Assembly (NCBI RefSeq): GCF_006345805.1
Contig: NC_042999.1
Span: 117,552,001 to 117,616,000, forward strand
DNA: 64,000 bases
Direction of reading: 5' to 3'
Origin: Octopus sinensis
Lineage: Eukaryota
The position numbers and the translations under genes are program-made. The notes beneath the pieces are model-generated. The model saw only the letters and a list, made by a program, of their open reading frames with translations, ran no database searches and had not been told where the DNA came from. Shown here piece after piece: positions 41,241 through 53,830 of the stretch (position 1 is the first letter of the stretch; each line of letters begins with the position of its first letter).

Positions 41241-41499
41241 AAAACAAAGTAAGCCAGTAAGGGGAAAATCAGTTACGTATTCAATATTTCAAAATATTTG
41301 CCTGTTGTGAGACAGAAGACAATATTTCAGCAATCGCATAATGGCTTATTTTTCTGCTAGTTTGGTTCTAATATGTTTGCTCTAAGATTTTAAACCTATC
41401 TGACAATGTAATCTTGCTCCTGTAGTTCTCATCAATATTGTTTTTATAAGAGAGCTGGTGAAGTTTGTGACCGTTCAGGGGCTATTTTGCAACGTAAGG

Positions 41500-42700
41500 T
41501 TTTCCATATAAATTCGTATGGTTACATGTCATATAGCAGTGCTTTATTAATTCTTATCAGGGTGTTTGTTTAGTGTTAGCGGTGATATTTGTGTTGATAA
41601 AAATAGTAGTTTTTTACGACACTTTTTCATCGATAGATATTCTTGCTGCTATTTTTTAGAATGCTTGATGATATGAAAATAGTAGTTTCATCGCGTGGAT
41701 GCAGGATTAGGAGCAATGTGATTTCGAATTTAGTTTAATTGTAACTTCAATGAATTTTACTGCTGTGACTGTCATCTAAGTTGCTGAATGTTAATATAAT
41801 ACATTTCCGGAAGACGTAAGCTGCACCTCCGCTTCCTCTATTCGAAATTATAAATCTGTCATCTATGTTGAGGTCCACGTTAATACCGTCAAAAGTGCTT
41901 CCAATTCCGTTGACAAGGACTAATCTTTGTAGTTCAGAATTGTTAACCCCATTAAGTCTTTTCGTGGAAGCATCAACCCACACGCTCCATCTTTCTATAT
42001 CCAGAAATTTCCTTTATGTGCACGATTAATCTGAAGGTGCCTCTGAGTCATCTTCCTGTATGTTTTGACAAGTTCAATGAATTTTATAAGACACTGGCAA
42101 AAGTATATAACATTATGTAAATCTCGATACTATTGAAGCATTTCATAATCGCAGTAATTTTATTCTGCCGATTCAAACGTGTAGATTGCTTTACGTCAGT
42201 ATTTACGCTATGTAAGATAGTATTTATTAACTATAGCTAAAACGCTGGTGGAATGAGTTAGCATTTAAAAAGAATGGAATTCTTTACATTATATTTTGTG
42301 GTTCTATATTGCGATTCTGCATTGATTGGAGCTCTTAGTTTTCGTTTTGCAGGAATTTCTAATACTGTTGTGTACAAAGATGTCTTAAGAGTGTTTTTGC
42401 TCTCCTCGTATAAATGTCTTGTTTTGTCTGCAAATATTAATGTGTGTTTAGAAGTTTTATTGTTTGCAAGTTAGAGTTTAGCTTCTCTGGGAAGACATTA
42501 TTACTTTTACTTTTTTATTACTATAGTGTAACTTTTATTGAAGAAAGTTTTTTTAAAGCTACTGACACTTTTTCTCGTTCCTCATTGAAGTATGTGACCA
42601 TTGCATGTGAATTTACCATAATTCTTTTTTCTTAACTATATTTCAGCTCCAAGTTTTGTTTTGAATAATTCAGTTCAACTACTTTCAGTGTTTATATTCC
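41500..42700 (-). mobile_element. Old degraded PLE RT, apparently the same clade as the palindromic element
   Basis: LIFADKTRHLYE; KC*LIPPA; ILHSVNTDVKQSTRLNRQ; NGVNNSELQRLV..NVDLNIDDRF (decayed MGSxDxAE..GLYRDDGL)..FRKCIILTF. Confidence 0.65.
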
Positions 42701-42838
42701 ATATTTATCCAATGAGTAGGCCACCTACTTCATTCTACAATTTGAAACCAATCAGTAGACCTCTATAGGAGAAACCATTAATACACAGACGCATACAGAT
42801 TTATATTTATAATGATTTTTTAAAATATAAATAGTTTA

Positions 42839-43035
42839 AGGCGGTGAGCTGGCGAAATCGTAGGCACGCCTGGTAAAATGCATAGTGGCATTTCGCCCGT
42901 CCTTATGCTCTGAGGTTGACTTTGCTTTTCATCCCTTTTAGGGTCGCAAAATTAAATACAAGTAGAGCGCTGGAGTCGACATAATCGGCTAACCCCACTC
43001 ACTCAAAGTTGCTGGTCTTGTGCCCAAATCTGAAC
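42839..43035 (+). mobile_element. SINE family A, diverged
   Basis: ggcggtgagctggcgaaatcg..gactttgcttttcatcc..gggtcg. Confidence 0.7.
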
Positions 43036-43351
43036 CCAATATATGAACAGTTTATATAAGCCCAATATTAATTAGGTGATTGGAGTTGCAAGTCATTGTG
43101 ATATTTTGACGAGAACTGCTACAATTCGATTTCATGGTTATTTATATTATATGGAATGGATGTGGTCCCTTGCAAGCTTCTGCCCACTGGTTTGCGCTTA
43201 ATGTTCGTTAATTGGTTATTATCTTTTTGTCTACTTATTGGTCATTTCAAGAAGCGTGGTATTTATTTTTCTAATATTTACTAAAGAGAAGGGCATACTT
43301 CGCATTTTTCTTCATGAGTGCAATTTTAACTTTGAAACTAATATACGCGCA

Positions 43352-43454
<103 letters not shown>

Positions 43455-43459
43455 GTCTG

Positions 43460-43493
<34 letters not shown>

Positions 43494-43494
43494 C

Positions 43495-43633
<139 letters not shown>

Positions 43634-43824
43634 CGTATGTATGTGGGCATACACTTCAGTTAAAAGGATTCATTAAGAATCGAAGCACATCAACGTGTAG
43701 GACCTAGATAGAATCACACAGAGCAGACAGTGAAATAATCTATCATCGTAGACACCAATTATATAGACTAGATACTGCAGTTGGGTAAATGAGTATTTCT
43801 CAAATTCAATTATTTAATCTTTTT

Positions 43825-44200
43825 TTAAAAAATGTTTCGGTCATTAGACTGCTTCCATGTTGGGGCAGACCCTTGAATAATTTTAGTCGAACGAATCGAC
43901 CCCAGTACGTTTTTAAAGCTTGATACTCATTCTATCAGTTTCATTTGCCGAACCGTTAGGTTACAGGGATGTAAACAAACCAACACTGTTTTTCATGAGT
44001 GTATGTGTGTGTGTTGGGGGGGGGGGAGCAGGTACAAAGCTGCACACACTCACACATATATGTCATGGACCTCTTTCAGTTTCCTTCAACCAAATCGACT
44101 AACAAGGCTTTGGTAAGACTGAGGCTATAGTAAAAGACACTCGAAGCAGGAACTATGCAATTGGGAAGCAAACATTTTAACGAACAGCCATACCAGCACC
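43825..44200 (-). mobile_element. SINE family B, diverged near-full copy
   Basis: Reverse-strand similarity to 51121-51508. Confidence 0.7.
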
Positions 44201-44281
44201 TATTTACCAATGATCCGATTATATACCCATATATGTATACAGGCATATATACATATACATATATGCATACACACATATATG

Positions 44282-44335
<54 letters not shown>

Positions 44336-44336
<1 letters not shown>

Positions 44337-44395
44337 TAGCAGAGATGCCCGGTTACGTTCAATTGAAGTATTAGACTTTTCTGTTATATATATAT

Positions 44396-44447
<52 letters not shown>

Positions 44448-46540
44448 GTATATTAATATAAATACATGAAAGTACATGAAGTTTGTTAAAAAAAGGGGAT
44501 CATGTATATACCTCCTGGCTGTTGAGATTATAACACCTCGTTGTAAACAATGTTCCTTGTTTTTCCTTGTGGAGCATATACAAAAAGTTTCTTTAGGTTC
44601 CTACTCTTGAGCAGCCAACATACAGTTGCCCATGCGAAAAGCAGGGCTCTTCCAAGAGAAAACCAGCTACAGAGAGGGCTTGACCCTGAGATTTGTTAAT
44701 GGACATGGCAAAGCTGACACGAAGGGGGAATTGCAGTCTTCTGAATGTAAATGGAATTTCTGCTCCTGATGGAGTAAGAGGAATTCTTGGAATAAAGACG
44801 TCATCACCTTTTCCACATCCAGAAAGAATGATCGCCTCGATAACGTGTGACATCATTTTCTTTATCACCAGTCGTGTTCCATTGCAAAGTCTTGGTGGTT
44901 CCAGATTGCGGAGTAGCATTACAGGAGCTCCAACTTTAAGTGCTAATATGTGTGGAGGTAGTCCAGGAGGCTCCAGTGAATTGAGAAATTCAGGAGGATA
45001 GTTCACAACTTCATTTATATCTGGAATTGTATCAACATACTTGTGTATAGTGCCGGGAAGAGAATGCATTAGCTGTTGATTAATTTTGTTAACAGCGACG
45101 TTTTTTGGAGCTAATATTGCTCTTTCACACAGCCAATTGTGATTTTGGTAGTTTTGTGTGAAGTAGGGAAAGACTTTGTTTTTGAGGTCATCTACAGAAT
45201 TAACAACAGAGGAAAATGACCGCACTTCCATTTGTCCTGCAGCATCGAGAGGCATCTTGTCTTCACCAAGTGTCAAAATGTCCTGTGCAAACTTTGTGGA
45301 CATTTTGTCGCCGTGTAGCTGAGCTCTCATGTTAGTGGTGAGACTGAGGATTGTAACATGATGCCACAGGGTAGAGGACTTTAGGCATGCTTGGACTTCA
45401 TCTGCTCTAGTGCCTTTCGGAATGACAGGAAGAGTTTGCCTGAAATCACCTGACAACAGAAGCGTTACACCTCCTATTGGAGCCTGACAGTCTCGGATGT
45501 CTTTCAGGGCTCTATCTAATGCTTCCAAAGCTCCCTTGTGAGTCATAGTGCACTCATCCCAGACAATTAGATGACACATTTTAAGTACTTGTCCCTGATC
45601 TGAGCTTTTGTAGATGTTGCAGCAAGGTTTGAGCGAATGGATCCACTTGACAAAGCTTGAAGAATGCAGTGAGTGTGCTATCCCTTGGTTCATCTGCCAA
45701 CAGAGAAGCATTAGCATCGGTGAAGTACACTCTTTGACCATTTTCCAGGTGCACTGCAAGCTGTTGAATGGCGGGGTGTCGTTGGTGAATTGGAAAGCCA
45801 AAGATGCCCAGATTGCCTCGCTGCTACTTATGTACCACCCCACCTGATAATGCCTCACCTCATCCTGGCAGTATTCTTGTTGAAGTCCAAACATTGTAGC
45901 GTCAGAACACTTGTTTACATATTTGCAAACGTACTTGATGGATTTAACGGAGTTGCAAAACTCAAAGTTGATGTGGGCATTGAAAGCCTTTGACAGGAGT
46001 GGGCAGTATGGAACAATCCATCTATTATCAATATCGTGCTGTCCGATAGTTGCTGTGAAACCTCCGTCTTCTGGTTTTCTGCGTCTGTATGATGGATACC
46101 CATCAGCACCTGTCTGAGTTTCTTGTAGGAACCTCCTTGGAAATCTTTTTGAACATATGCTGTCCTTCAAGCATGGTGAGTTTATGTTGAATCCACGCCC
46201 ACATGGAGCATGTACCATGTTTGCTTTAACTATTTCATATAGTTCTTTGTCTAAAGCTGGATCAGGAAGCTCTGCAGAGATTATGTTGTCGATGTCATTG
46301 GAATTGATCTTCGCTGAGAGCCAAAGCAGGATATGAGCATGTGGAAGGCCCTTTATTGCCACTCGATTGTGTACATGTCACATTGTACATTGTATGGGCC
46401 CAAAGACTTGCCATTTTTGTATGAGCTCCATGAGAGAGATTAACTTGAGATGGAAAACTCGGGCGTTGAGATTCCGGTTCGAATGTAAGGCAGGTTTGAA
46501 AGTGTTCCCAACAGTTATTAGTTGTAGTGGTAGAGTGTTT
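44336..46540 (-). mobile_element. Helitron RepHel relic (HUH Rep + PIF1-like helicase), internally deleted, with 3' CTAG end
   Basis: ARVFHLKL; KGLPHAHILLWL (HUH); KSIKYVCKYVNK; WDECTM; LLSGDFRQTLPV; LTTNMR; LCNGTRL; SINKSQGQ; FSHGQLYVGCSRVG; C-terminus ..YAPQGKTRNIVYNEVL* near 44530; CTAG|T at 44336. No Walker A in the frame. Confidence 0.95.
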
Positions 46541-46624
46541 ATGCCGAATATGTACGTATGCATGTATATATATGTATATATATATGTATATATATGTATG
46601 TATGCCTGTATATATGTACAAAAT

Positions 46625-46748
46625 TTACTGAGAAGGCTTTTGTTGGTCTGAGGCTACAACAGAAGACACATGCCAAGTCACCACACAGTGGGACTGAACC
46701 CAGGACCATGTGTTTGGAACGTAGTTTGTTACCACACAGTCACACCTG
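46625..46748 (-). mobile_element. SINE family B, 5' fragment
   Basis: gggactgaacccaggaccatgtg..ttaccacacag matches the reverse complement of the family head. Confidence 0.7.
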
Positions 46749-46799
46749 CCCCTGTGTATGTGTGTGTGTGCGTATGTGTGTATGGGTAGATATATTATG

Positions 46800-47778
46800 C
46801 ATGTATATATGTGTATATATATGTGTACATATTACATGTACATCTATATATATACATCTACACATAAAAAACAAAATACAAACTTATATCTTGATATCGC
46901 TAGTGATAACAATACTCAAAATATATAACAGACTGGAATTGTAGGCCCGTCTCTTGCAATTTCGATCAATTGGATCTTGTCCTCCTTCTTGTATAGAAGA
47001 GTACGGCTGCAGCGAAATTCATTTTTGGAATTTCTTCTATCGAAGGCATTTTAACAAAAATGCTTCTGTAAAGACGGTGAAAATATTGTCAATTTCCCCA
47101 AACAGGGACATAATTCAATTTTTAAACAATAACCAAAGCCCCTTCTCCGAAAGGGGGAGGGTTACGGTTTACAATTATTTAACAAATGCAACACAACAAC
47201 GTTTCCCTGACGAGGAACCAAGAAACGTGATTACAATAGTCAAACAGTAATAATAATAACAAACCTTTTTAAGTTATCCCCATTTATGTGAAACCACTTA
47301 TTCAAGTTCAAGTCATTGATGCAATTTTATACGAAATGCTAATACACACACACATAAAAAGGGTAAAAAATTGAATATTAATTTGATTAATATGAATTGA
47401 AAACCAGTGGTGTAGCATATAAGACCATAGCGGATCTTCTTCTAGCAAAATGAATGATCACTTGTTAATGGTTCATCCCTGTTATATAATACTTTCACTT
47501 TAATAGTTTCAGTATTAAAGTGAAAGTGTCTGCATTACAAAAGAGAGATGTTTTTGTTTCACTTTTAACACGTAATACTGAAATAGTGGAGAAGATATGA
47601 TATTGCTGTGGGGTCGCCCTAGGGAAAAAATTAAGAGTTTTTTGCCGATGACACTCCCCGGACGTTAAGTAAGGCATGTGTAAAATTTGAATGAAATTGG
47701 TTGTGTTTTAGGGAAACACACAGACAGACAGACAGACATAGAGACACACACACATTCTCAGTTTTATATATAGAGAGA
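46800..47778 (-). mobile_element. Non-autonomous Helitron related to 13180-14195, lacking its own 3' hairpin and CTAG
   Basis: 46810-47010 similar to 13225-13420, 47280-47340 to 13780-13840, 47510-47778 to 13940-14195; A|TC start at 47778. Confidence 0.8.
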
Positions 47779-47892
47779 TAATTATACGTACATACATTCA
47801 TACATACATGCATATATACATACATTTATACATATATACTTACATACCTACCTACCTACCTACCTACCTACCTACCTACATATATATATATA

Positions 47893-48067
47893 TAGTAAAA
47901 TAAATTACTTTGCCACATACTGAACTCATTAGAAATAGCAGCTAAAGAAATTTCTTCAGCTATTTCTAATAGAGAGATCTTCTTTAAGTATTAGAAATAG
48001 CTGAAGAAATTTCTTTAGCTGCTATTTCTAATGAGTTCAGTATGTGGCAAAGTAATTTATTTTACTA
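47893..48067. repeat. Perfect inverted repeat (79-bp arms, 17-nt spacer)
   Basis: tagtaaaataaattactttgccacatactgaactc..tatttctaata and its exact reverse complement; the outer ~50 bp also occur at ~7125-7180 and ~10470-10520. Confidence 0.95.
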
Positions 48068-48272
48068 AGCCCTTATATATAATGTAATATATATATATAT
48101 AATATATATATTTACTGAGATCTCCCTTTTTAGTAGAAGAAATAGCTATAACCCTTTGACTGCTATTTCTAAATTCGGTATGTGGTAAGGCAACTCGTTG
48201 CTAAACCCTTATTGCTTAGTATATATATATATATATATATATATATCAATAAATATGTATATATATCAATAT

Positions 48273-48319
<47 letters not shown>

Positions 48320-48320
<1 letters not shown>

Positions 48321-48470
48321 GGCGCAGGAGTGCTGTGTGGTAAGTAGCCTGCTTACCAATCACATGGTTCGGGGGTTCATTTCCACAGCGTGCTACCTTG
48401 GGCAAGTGCCTTCTACTATAGCCTCGAGCCGACTAAAGCCTTGTGAGTAGATGTGGTAGACGGTAACTAC
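48320..48470 (+). mobile_element. SINE family B, 5' half
   Basis: aggcgcaggagtgctgtgtggtaag..ccttgggcaagtg..gtagacgg. Confidence 0.8.
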
Positions 48471-48486
48471 CTGTCTTTCTGTCTTT

Positions 48487-48562
<76 letters not shown>

Positions 48563-48596
48563 ATATATATATATATATATAATATATATATATATA

Positions 48597-48695
<99 letters not shown>

Positions 48696-48709
48696 CTATC
48701 TATCTATCG

Positions 48710-48751
<42 letters not shown>

Positions 48752-49813
48752 TTATCTAATCTAACTGTCATTATTAAAAGCAGATACTTCATCGTTCTCT
48801 TTCTTAAATCTTTCGTATGTGTTAGGAAGAAACACAGAAAACAGTGCCATTTTATATTATTCGATATCAGTAATTGAAGCTATCATTGAATATTGAGAGA
48901 ACAGAAATATTATAGAATTCATACAGTGTTTCAGTTATCACTTCTGTATATCTCCAGCTCGTTTCTCATCAAGCACGTCTTGATAGAAGGCGTTCCGACC
49001 GATACCACCCCATCTATATTTTTGTATCAGATATAATGAAATTAGTATTATATCCAACACGTTCTTTCTTTTATATACGTAGAGTGTGATTTGAGAGGGA
49101 TTTGTTTGCCTTTTTTAGCAGCTCAGATAACTGAGCAGAGGCGCCTTCATTCGGTGGTTTCTGTTTTAGTTGCGATTATTGCAGCCATTGATGTTGCTGA
49201 TGTATCACCCACGTCATGTCTGCAGTCAACTCTAGCCTAGTTTCAGTTGTTGATACGATATATGATTATTTTTTTATAATTAATTTCATAATATGTACCA
49301 CCAACGCTTACTTTACATGACAAATGCAAAAAAGATCAGTTTTATAATTACGTAGGAGGAAGTCAAAACACAAGAGACATGACTAAGCTAATGTTAGATA
49401 TCAGCTAAATATACAGAATATAACCTATTAGTAGTGGTAGTAGTAACTAAAACAACAGTAACGATAATAATAAAAACAATAACGATAATAAATAGATGAA
49501 TAAATAAAATCCAATATTGAATGCAAGAAGTAGCTATGTATGAATGGGACAGTGCTCTGGTTAATCAGATGGTTGCTATAGATCTTTGAAAGGAAAGTTA
49601 ATCTGTAATTTTAATTGAAAATAAAATAAAGAGAGAAAAGAGAAATTGGAAAACTTCGTGACTAAATCTTTGGCCGTTATGAAAGGTTTAAAAGGAAAGA
49701 GAGTTTAGTATGGAATGCGGGCGAGAATCATAGGAATATTTCATAGCTTTATTTATAGAAATCTTTCATCTCCCTAGGTTAATATGCGAAGACACATGAA
49801 ATTAATTTGAGGA

Positions 49814-49854
<41 letters not shown>

Positions 49855-50011
49855 CACAAAATATCAGGAGGCAAAGAATGAATATATTTATTTAACCACT
49901 TGATATCCTTAGGATTACGGCCGTTTCTCATTCTTCTTCTTCCTACAGTTGTAATTTCAGTGGGAAATATAATCATGTTTACATGTTTGTATTAATATGT
50001 ATCCTACGCAT

Positions 50012-50425
50012 GGTGGCGAGCTGGCAGTAACGTTAGCACGCTGGGCGAAATGCGTAGCCGTATTTCGTCTGCCGTTACGTTCTGAGTTCAAATCCTGCCG
50101 AGGTCGACTTTGCCTTTCATCCTTTCAGGGTCGATAAATTTAGTACCAGTTACGCACTGGGGTCGATATAATTGAGTTAATCCGTTTGTCTGTCGTTGTT
50201 TGTTCTCTCTGTGTTTAGCTCCTTGTGGGTAGTAAAGAAATGGGTATTTCATCTGTTTTTACGTTCTGGGTTCCGCCGTGTTCAACTTTACCTTTCATCC
50301 GTTCGGGGTCGATAAATTAAAAACCAGTTACGCACTGGGGTCGATCTAATCGATTTAATCCATTTGCCTGCCCTTGTTTGTCCCCTGTACGCTTAGTCCC
50401 TTGTGGGCAATAAAAAAATAAGAAG
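50012..50425 (+). mobile_element. SINE family A with internally duplicated body
   Basis: Head with A/B boxes, then the body repeated twice; same architecture as 14661-15078. Confidence 0.85.
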
Positions 50426-50479
50426 TTCGTCCAGCGTGCTAACGATTCTGCCAGCTCGCCTTTCTATTATAGGCACAAA

Positions 50480-50660
50480 GCCTGAAATTTCGGTGAATGG
50501 GGAAAGATGATCACATTGACTCCAGTTCTTGACTGATACTTAATTCATTGACTTTGAAAAAATGAAAGCAAAATCAACTTCGACGGTATTCGAACTCAGA
50601 ATATAAAGACGGACATAATGCGGTTAAGCATTTTGCTCGGTATGCTAACAATTCTGCATT
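50480..50660 (-). mobile_element. SINE family A, diverged
   Basis: aaatgaaagcaaaatcaacttcgacggtattcgaactcagaa..gctaacaattctgc. Confidence 0.65.
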
Positions 50661-51009
50661 TTCCTACATTTGAGTTTCCTACATTTGGTTGTAGGCCTAC
50701 CACTTCTTGCTGCGTTTTCCATTGAGCCTGTGTTTCTAAATGTTCTTATCAAATCCCTCACAGTGTCACGATTTGGAAAAGTTTCACTGGACTTTTGTTT
50801 CACAGTATCTGTGTATTTGTTTCCAGTTCGAAACACCCATTCAACAACAAACGTACCATCTTCAATGGTGAGCATGTTGACACGCTGAAGGGTATGCAAT
50901 GACTGAGGGAAAACAGCTGACACCCGGCCGCCCATGCAGTGATAGTCAAGTTGCGCATGCGCAGGATGAAAGAATTCAGTGCGGAGAGACCTTTTGAACA
51001 CCCTGTGTA
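50660..51009 (-). mobile_element. mariner-like element, 5' TIR and transposase N-terminus
   Basis: TA-CACAGGGTGTTCAAAAGGTCTC terminus; MLTIEDGTFVVEWVFR..TVRDLIRTFRNTGSMENAARSGRP. Confidence 0.75.
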
Positions 51010-51029
51010 TATACATACATACATACATT

Positions 51030-51119
<90 letters not shown>

Positions 51120-51122
<3 letters not shown>

Positions 51123-51508
51123 CGCAAGAGTGGCTGTGTGGTAAGTACCTTGTTTACCAACCACATGGTTCCGGGTTCAGTCCCACCTTGGGCAAGTGTC
51201 TTCTACTATAGCCTCGGGCCGACCAAAGCCTTGGATTTGGTAGACGGAAACTGAAAGAAGCCCGTCGTATATATGTATATATATGTGTGTGTGTGTGTTT
51301 GTGTGTCTGTGTTTGTCCCCCTAGCATTGCTTGACAACCGATGCTGGTGTGTTTATGTCCCCGTTACTTAGCGGTTCGGCAAGAGAGACCGATAGAATAA
51401 GTACTGGGCTTACAAAAGAATAAGTCCCGTGGTCGAGTTGCTCGATTAAAGGCGGTGCTCCAGCATGGCCGCAGTCAAAAGACTGAAACAAGTAAAAGAG
51501 TAAAAGAG
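51120..51508 (+). mobile_element. SINE family B, near-full copy, followed by a second 3' half at ~51555-51760
   Basis: tRNA-like head GTGGCTGTGTGGTAAG..GGTTCAGTCCCA, central (TG)n, tail GTAAAAGAGTAAAAGAG. Confidence 0.85.
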
Positions 51509-51510
51509 TG

Positions 51511-51543
<33 letters not shown>

Positions 51544-52411
51544 TATATATATTGTGTGTGTGTGTGTCTTTGTGTCTGTGTTTGTCCCGCACCACTGTCT
51601 TTGCGTCCCTGTAACTGAGTGGTTCGGCCTAAGATACCGATAGAATAAGTACTAGGCTTACAAAGAATAAGTCCTGGTATTGATATCTTTGACTAAAAAA
51701 GCCTTTTAAGGCAAAACTTCTGCATGGCCGCAGTAAAAATGACTGAAATAAGTAAAAGAATATATATACATGTGTTATCTGTGTATATATGTATGCATGA
51801 TGTATGTATGTATGTATGTATGTATGTATGTATGTATGTATGTATGTATATATTTATGTATACATATTCTATTATTTAATTTCAGTATGGTATAAATGGC
51901 TCGAATAAAAGAATATAAGGCCGGAATACTTAGAAATGTTTTCAGTTATTTACTTAAGCGAATTCACAAGAAGACGTCTTTTCTAAAATAGTTTCTTCTA
52001 ATTGTTTTCAATAAATATTGATTTTAATTGATTTAATGTTGACGATACATTTATAACTAATTCGGTTTTGCTATATCTAGTATCCTTATATCAATAATGT
52101 TTGTCTCAGATTTAGCTTCTAATACATGTTACTTTTGTGGGTAGTATGAAGTATGCTTTTATTTCCATCCTCAACATACAGTTAGATGCTATTGTAAAGG
52201 GAAACATCAAAGATTTACTAAGTGAAAACAACCAGAGCTAATAGATTGTGGCTTATTCAGAGAATAAATTTATAGACCTGAATACTCGTACAAAACGTAA
52301 ACATTCTTTAGCTGCGATTCTGTTGTTGATTGATATTTTCTGATAAAATATTCTTGTTTAGTCGTTATAAAAAAAAAAAAAAAAAAAAAAAAACTATTTG
52401 TTTGCCTTCAG

Positions 52412-52548
52412 AATGTAGGTTTCTATTGTGCGTCTGAAAGAGTCTGCGAAGAAGGGCATGAGCAATGTCAAAACCAAAAGAAAGCGATTCTTGAGTCAAC
52501 TGTCATCATTGATAGACATGGTATTTATTTGAGTAATATTTGGAAAAG
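52412..52548 (+). CDS. Candidate internal coding exon of an unidentified host gene
   Basis: tttgtttgccttcAG acceptor, AAG|GTGAGC donor; only one of three frames open (NVGFYCASERVCEEGHEQCQNQKKAILESTVIIDRHGIYLSNIWK); not repeat-like; no partner exon identified. Confidence 0.3.
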
Positions 52549-53064
52549 GTGAGCTTAAGTCAAACTATGCAAAAATTTAGAGAAAAAAATCTAGATTTTG
52601 CGTAAACAGTGTTTAGTAATATATATACGTGCGCCAGGTAACGTAAAATAAAATAATTTTAGATTTACACACGCTTTCATCGACTGCTTTTGACTAGATT
52701 TCCTTGTTGTTTGGAGGATGAATTGTGCTTCTGGACAAGACGACATTAGTTAGATTATCTTGGATATATTCCTAGTAATGTAAGTGAATATTGAGTGAGA
52801 ATTGGAAATAAGGTATGTACATCGTGTATCGTTAAGTGTACAGGTAAAATACTGAATGAAACGCAAAACTGAGCAGAAACCTATGCACTGGTAATCCAAT
52901 TTATTCGGTCATTAAACTCTAAAACATTGAACTACCAGAAGAATTAAAGAAAGAAGAAAAAAAAAAAACAAGCAAACAGGACCACGCTATCCATACTATC
53001 AGTGTAAAAGCTTCAATAAAATGAATTAGACAGAGAGACAGAAAAATTACAAGTATCATGGTGA

Positions 53065-53420
53065 TACAGGGTGATTCAAAAGTCTCCATACCTAGGTAAA
53101 CATTATTTTCTTTTACAAGAAACCGTGATCTGACTACTCTTGATTTCTATCATTGGGAGCATTTGAAAGGCATGGTGCATCGCGGAAAGAAAAAAGACAT
53201 AAATCATTTCAAGGAACGCATCACCAACTCATTTGCACACGTATCACAAGATGTACTATTAAGAGTTCACAATGAGTAGGGTAAACGTATTGCAATGTGT
53301 ATTCAAAACAATGGTAACCATATAGAGTCTGTTAAATATAATAAAAAACTGTTCTTATAAACTGTTTCTAATAAAAAAATTAATTGATCCTATTTATGGC
53401 GACTTTTGAATCACCCCGTA
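53065..53420 (+). mobile_element. Deleted mariner-like element (MITE-like) with both TIRs and TA TSD
   Basis: TA-CAGGGTGATTCAAAAGTCTCCATA .. TATGGCGACTTTTGAATCACCCCG-TA (24-bp TIRs, 2 mismatches); interior DLTTLDFYHWEHLKGMV..KRIAMCIQNNGNHIE is a transposase C-terminus. Confidence 0.9.
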
Positions 53421-53798
53421 GACAGAAAATGCGTTTTCTTTCTAACCTATATGATTTAGTACAGATTTATCGATTATTTATATATATTTTTATCAACGTA
53501 AAATGTAGGCTGACATGCGTTGAACTCTTGGCTAACAATAGAACTAATAACAATTTCTACAAAAAAATCAAGATCACAAATTTTAGGGAATGTCATAGAC
53601 GATTTTATCAACTTCAGTACTTAATATGTACTTATACTACCAATACTGAAAGAAAAGATGAAAAGAAAAGATAATTCTGTTTAGATTTGAAGTGAGAGCA
53701 TAAAGGGATATGAACAAATTTCACGAGATATTTTGCCCGTCGTTTTCCTTTAATAGAAATACATTGGTACGTGCCTGTTGCTGCTGCTGCTGCTGCTG

Positions 53799-53830
<32 letters not shown>

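Noticed and set aside
47207-47225. Hammerhead at CTGACGA..GAAA
   Set aside because: No stem III, UH or stem I closure downstream.
52369-52393. Poly(A) tail of a processed pseudogene
   Set aside because: No upstream ORF or TSD identified.
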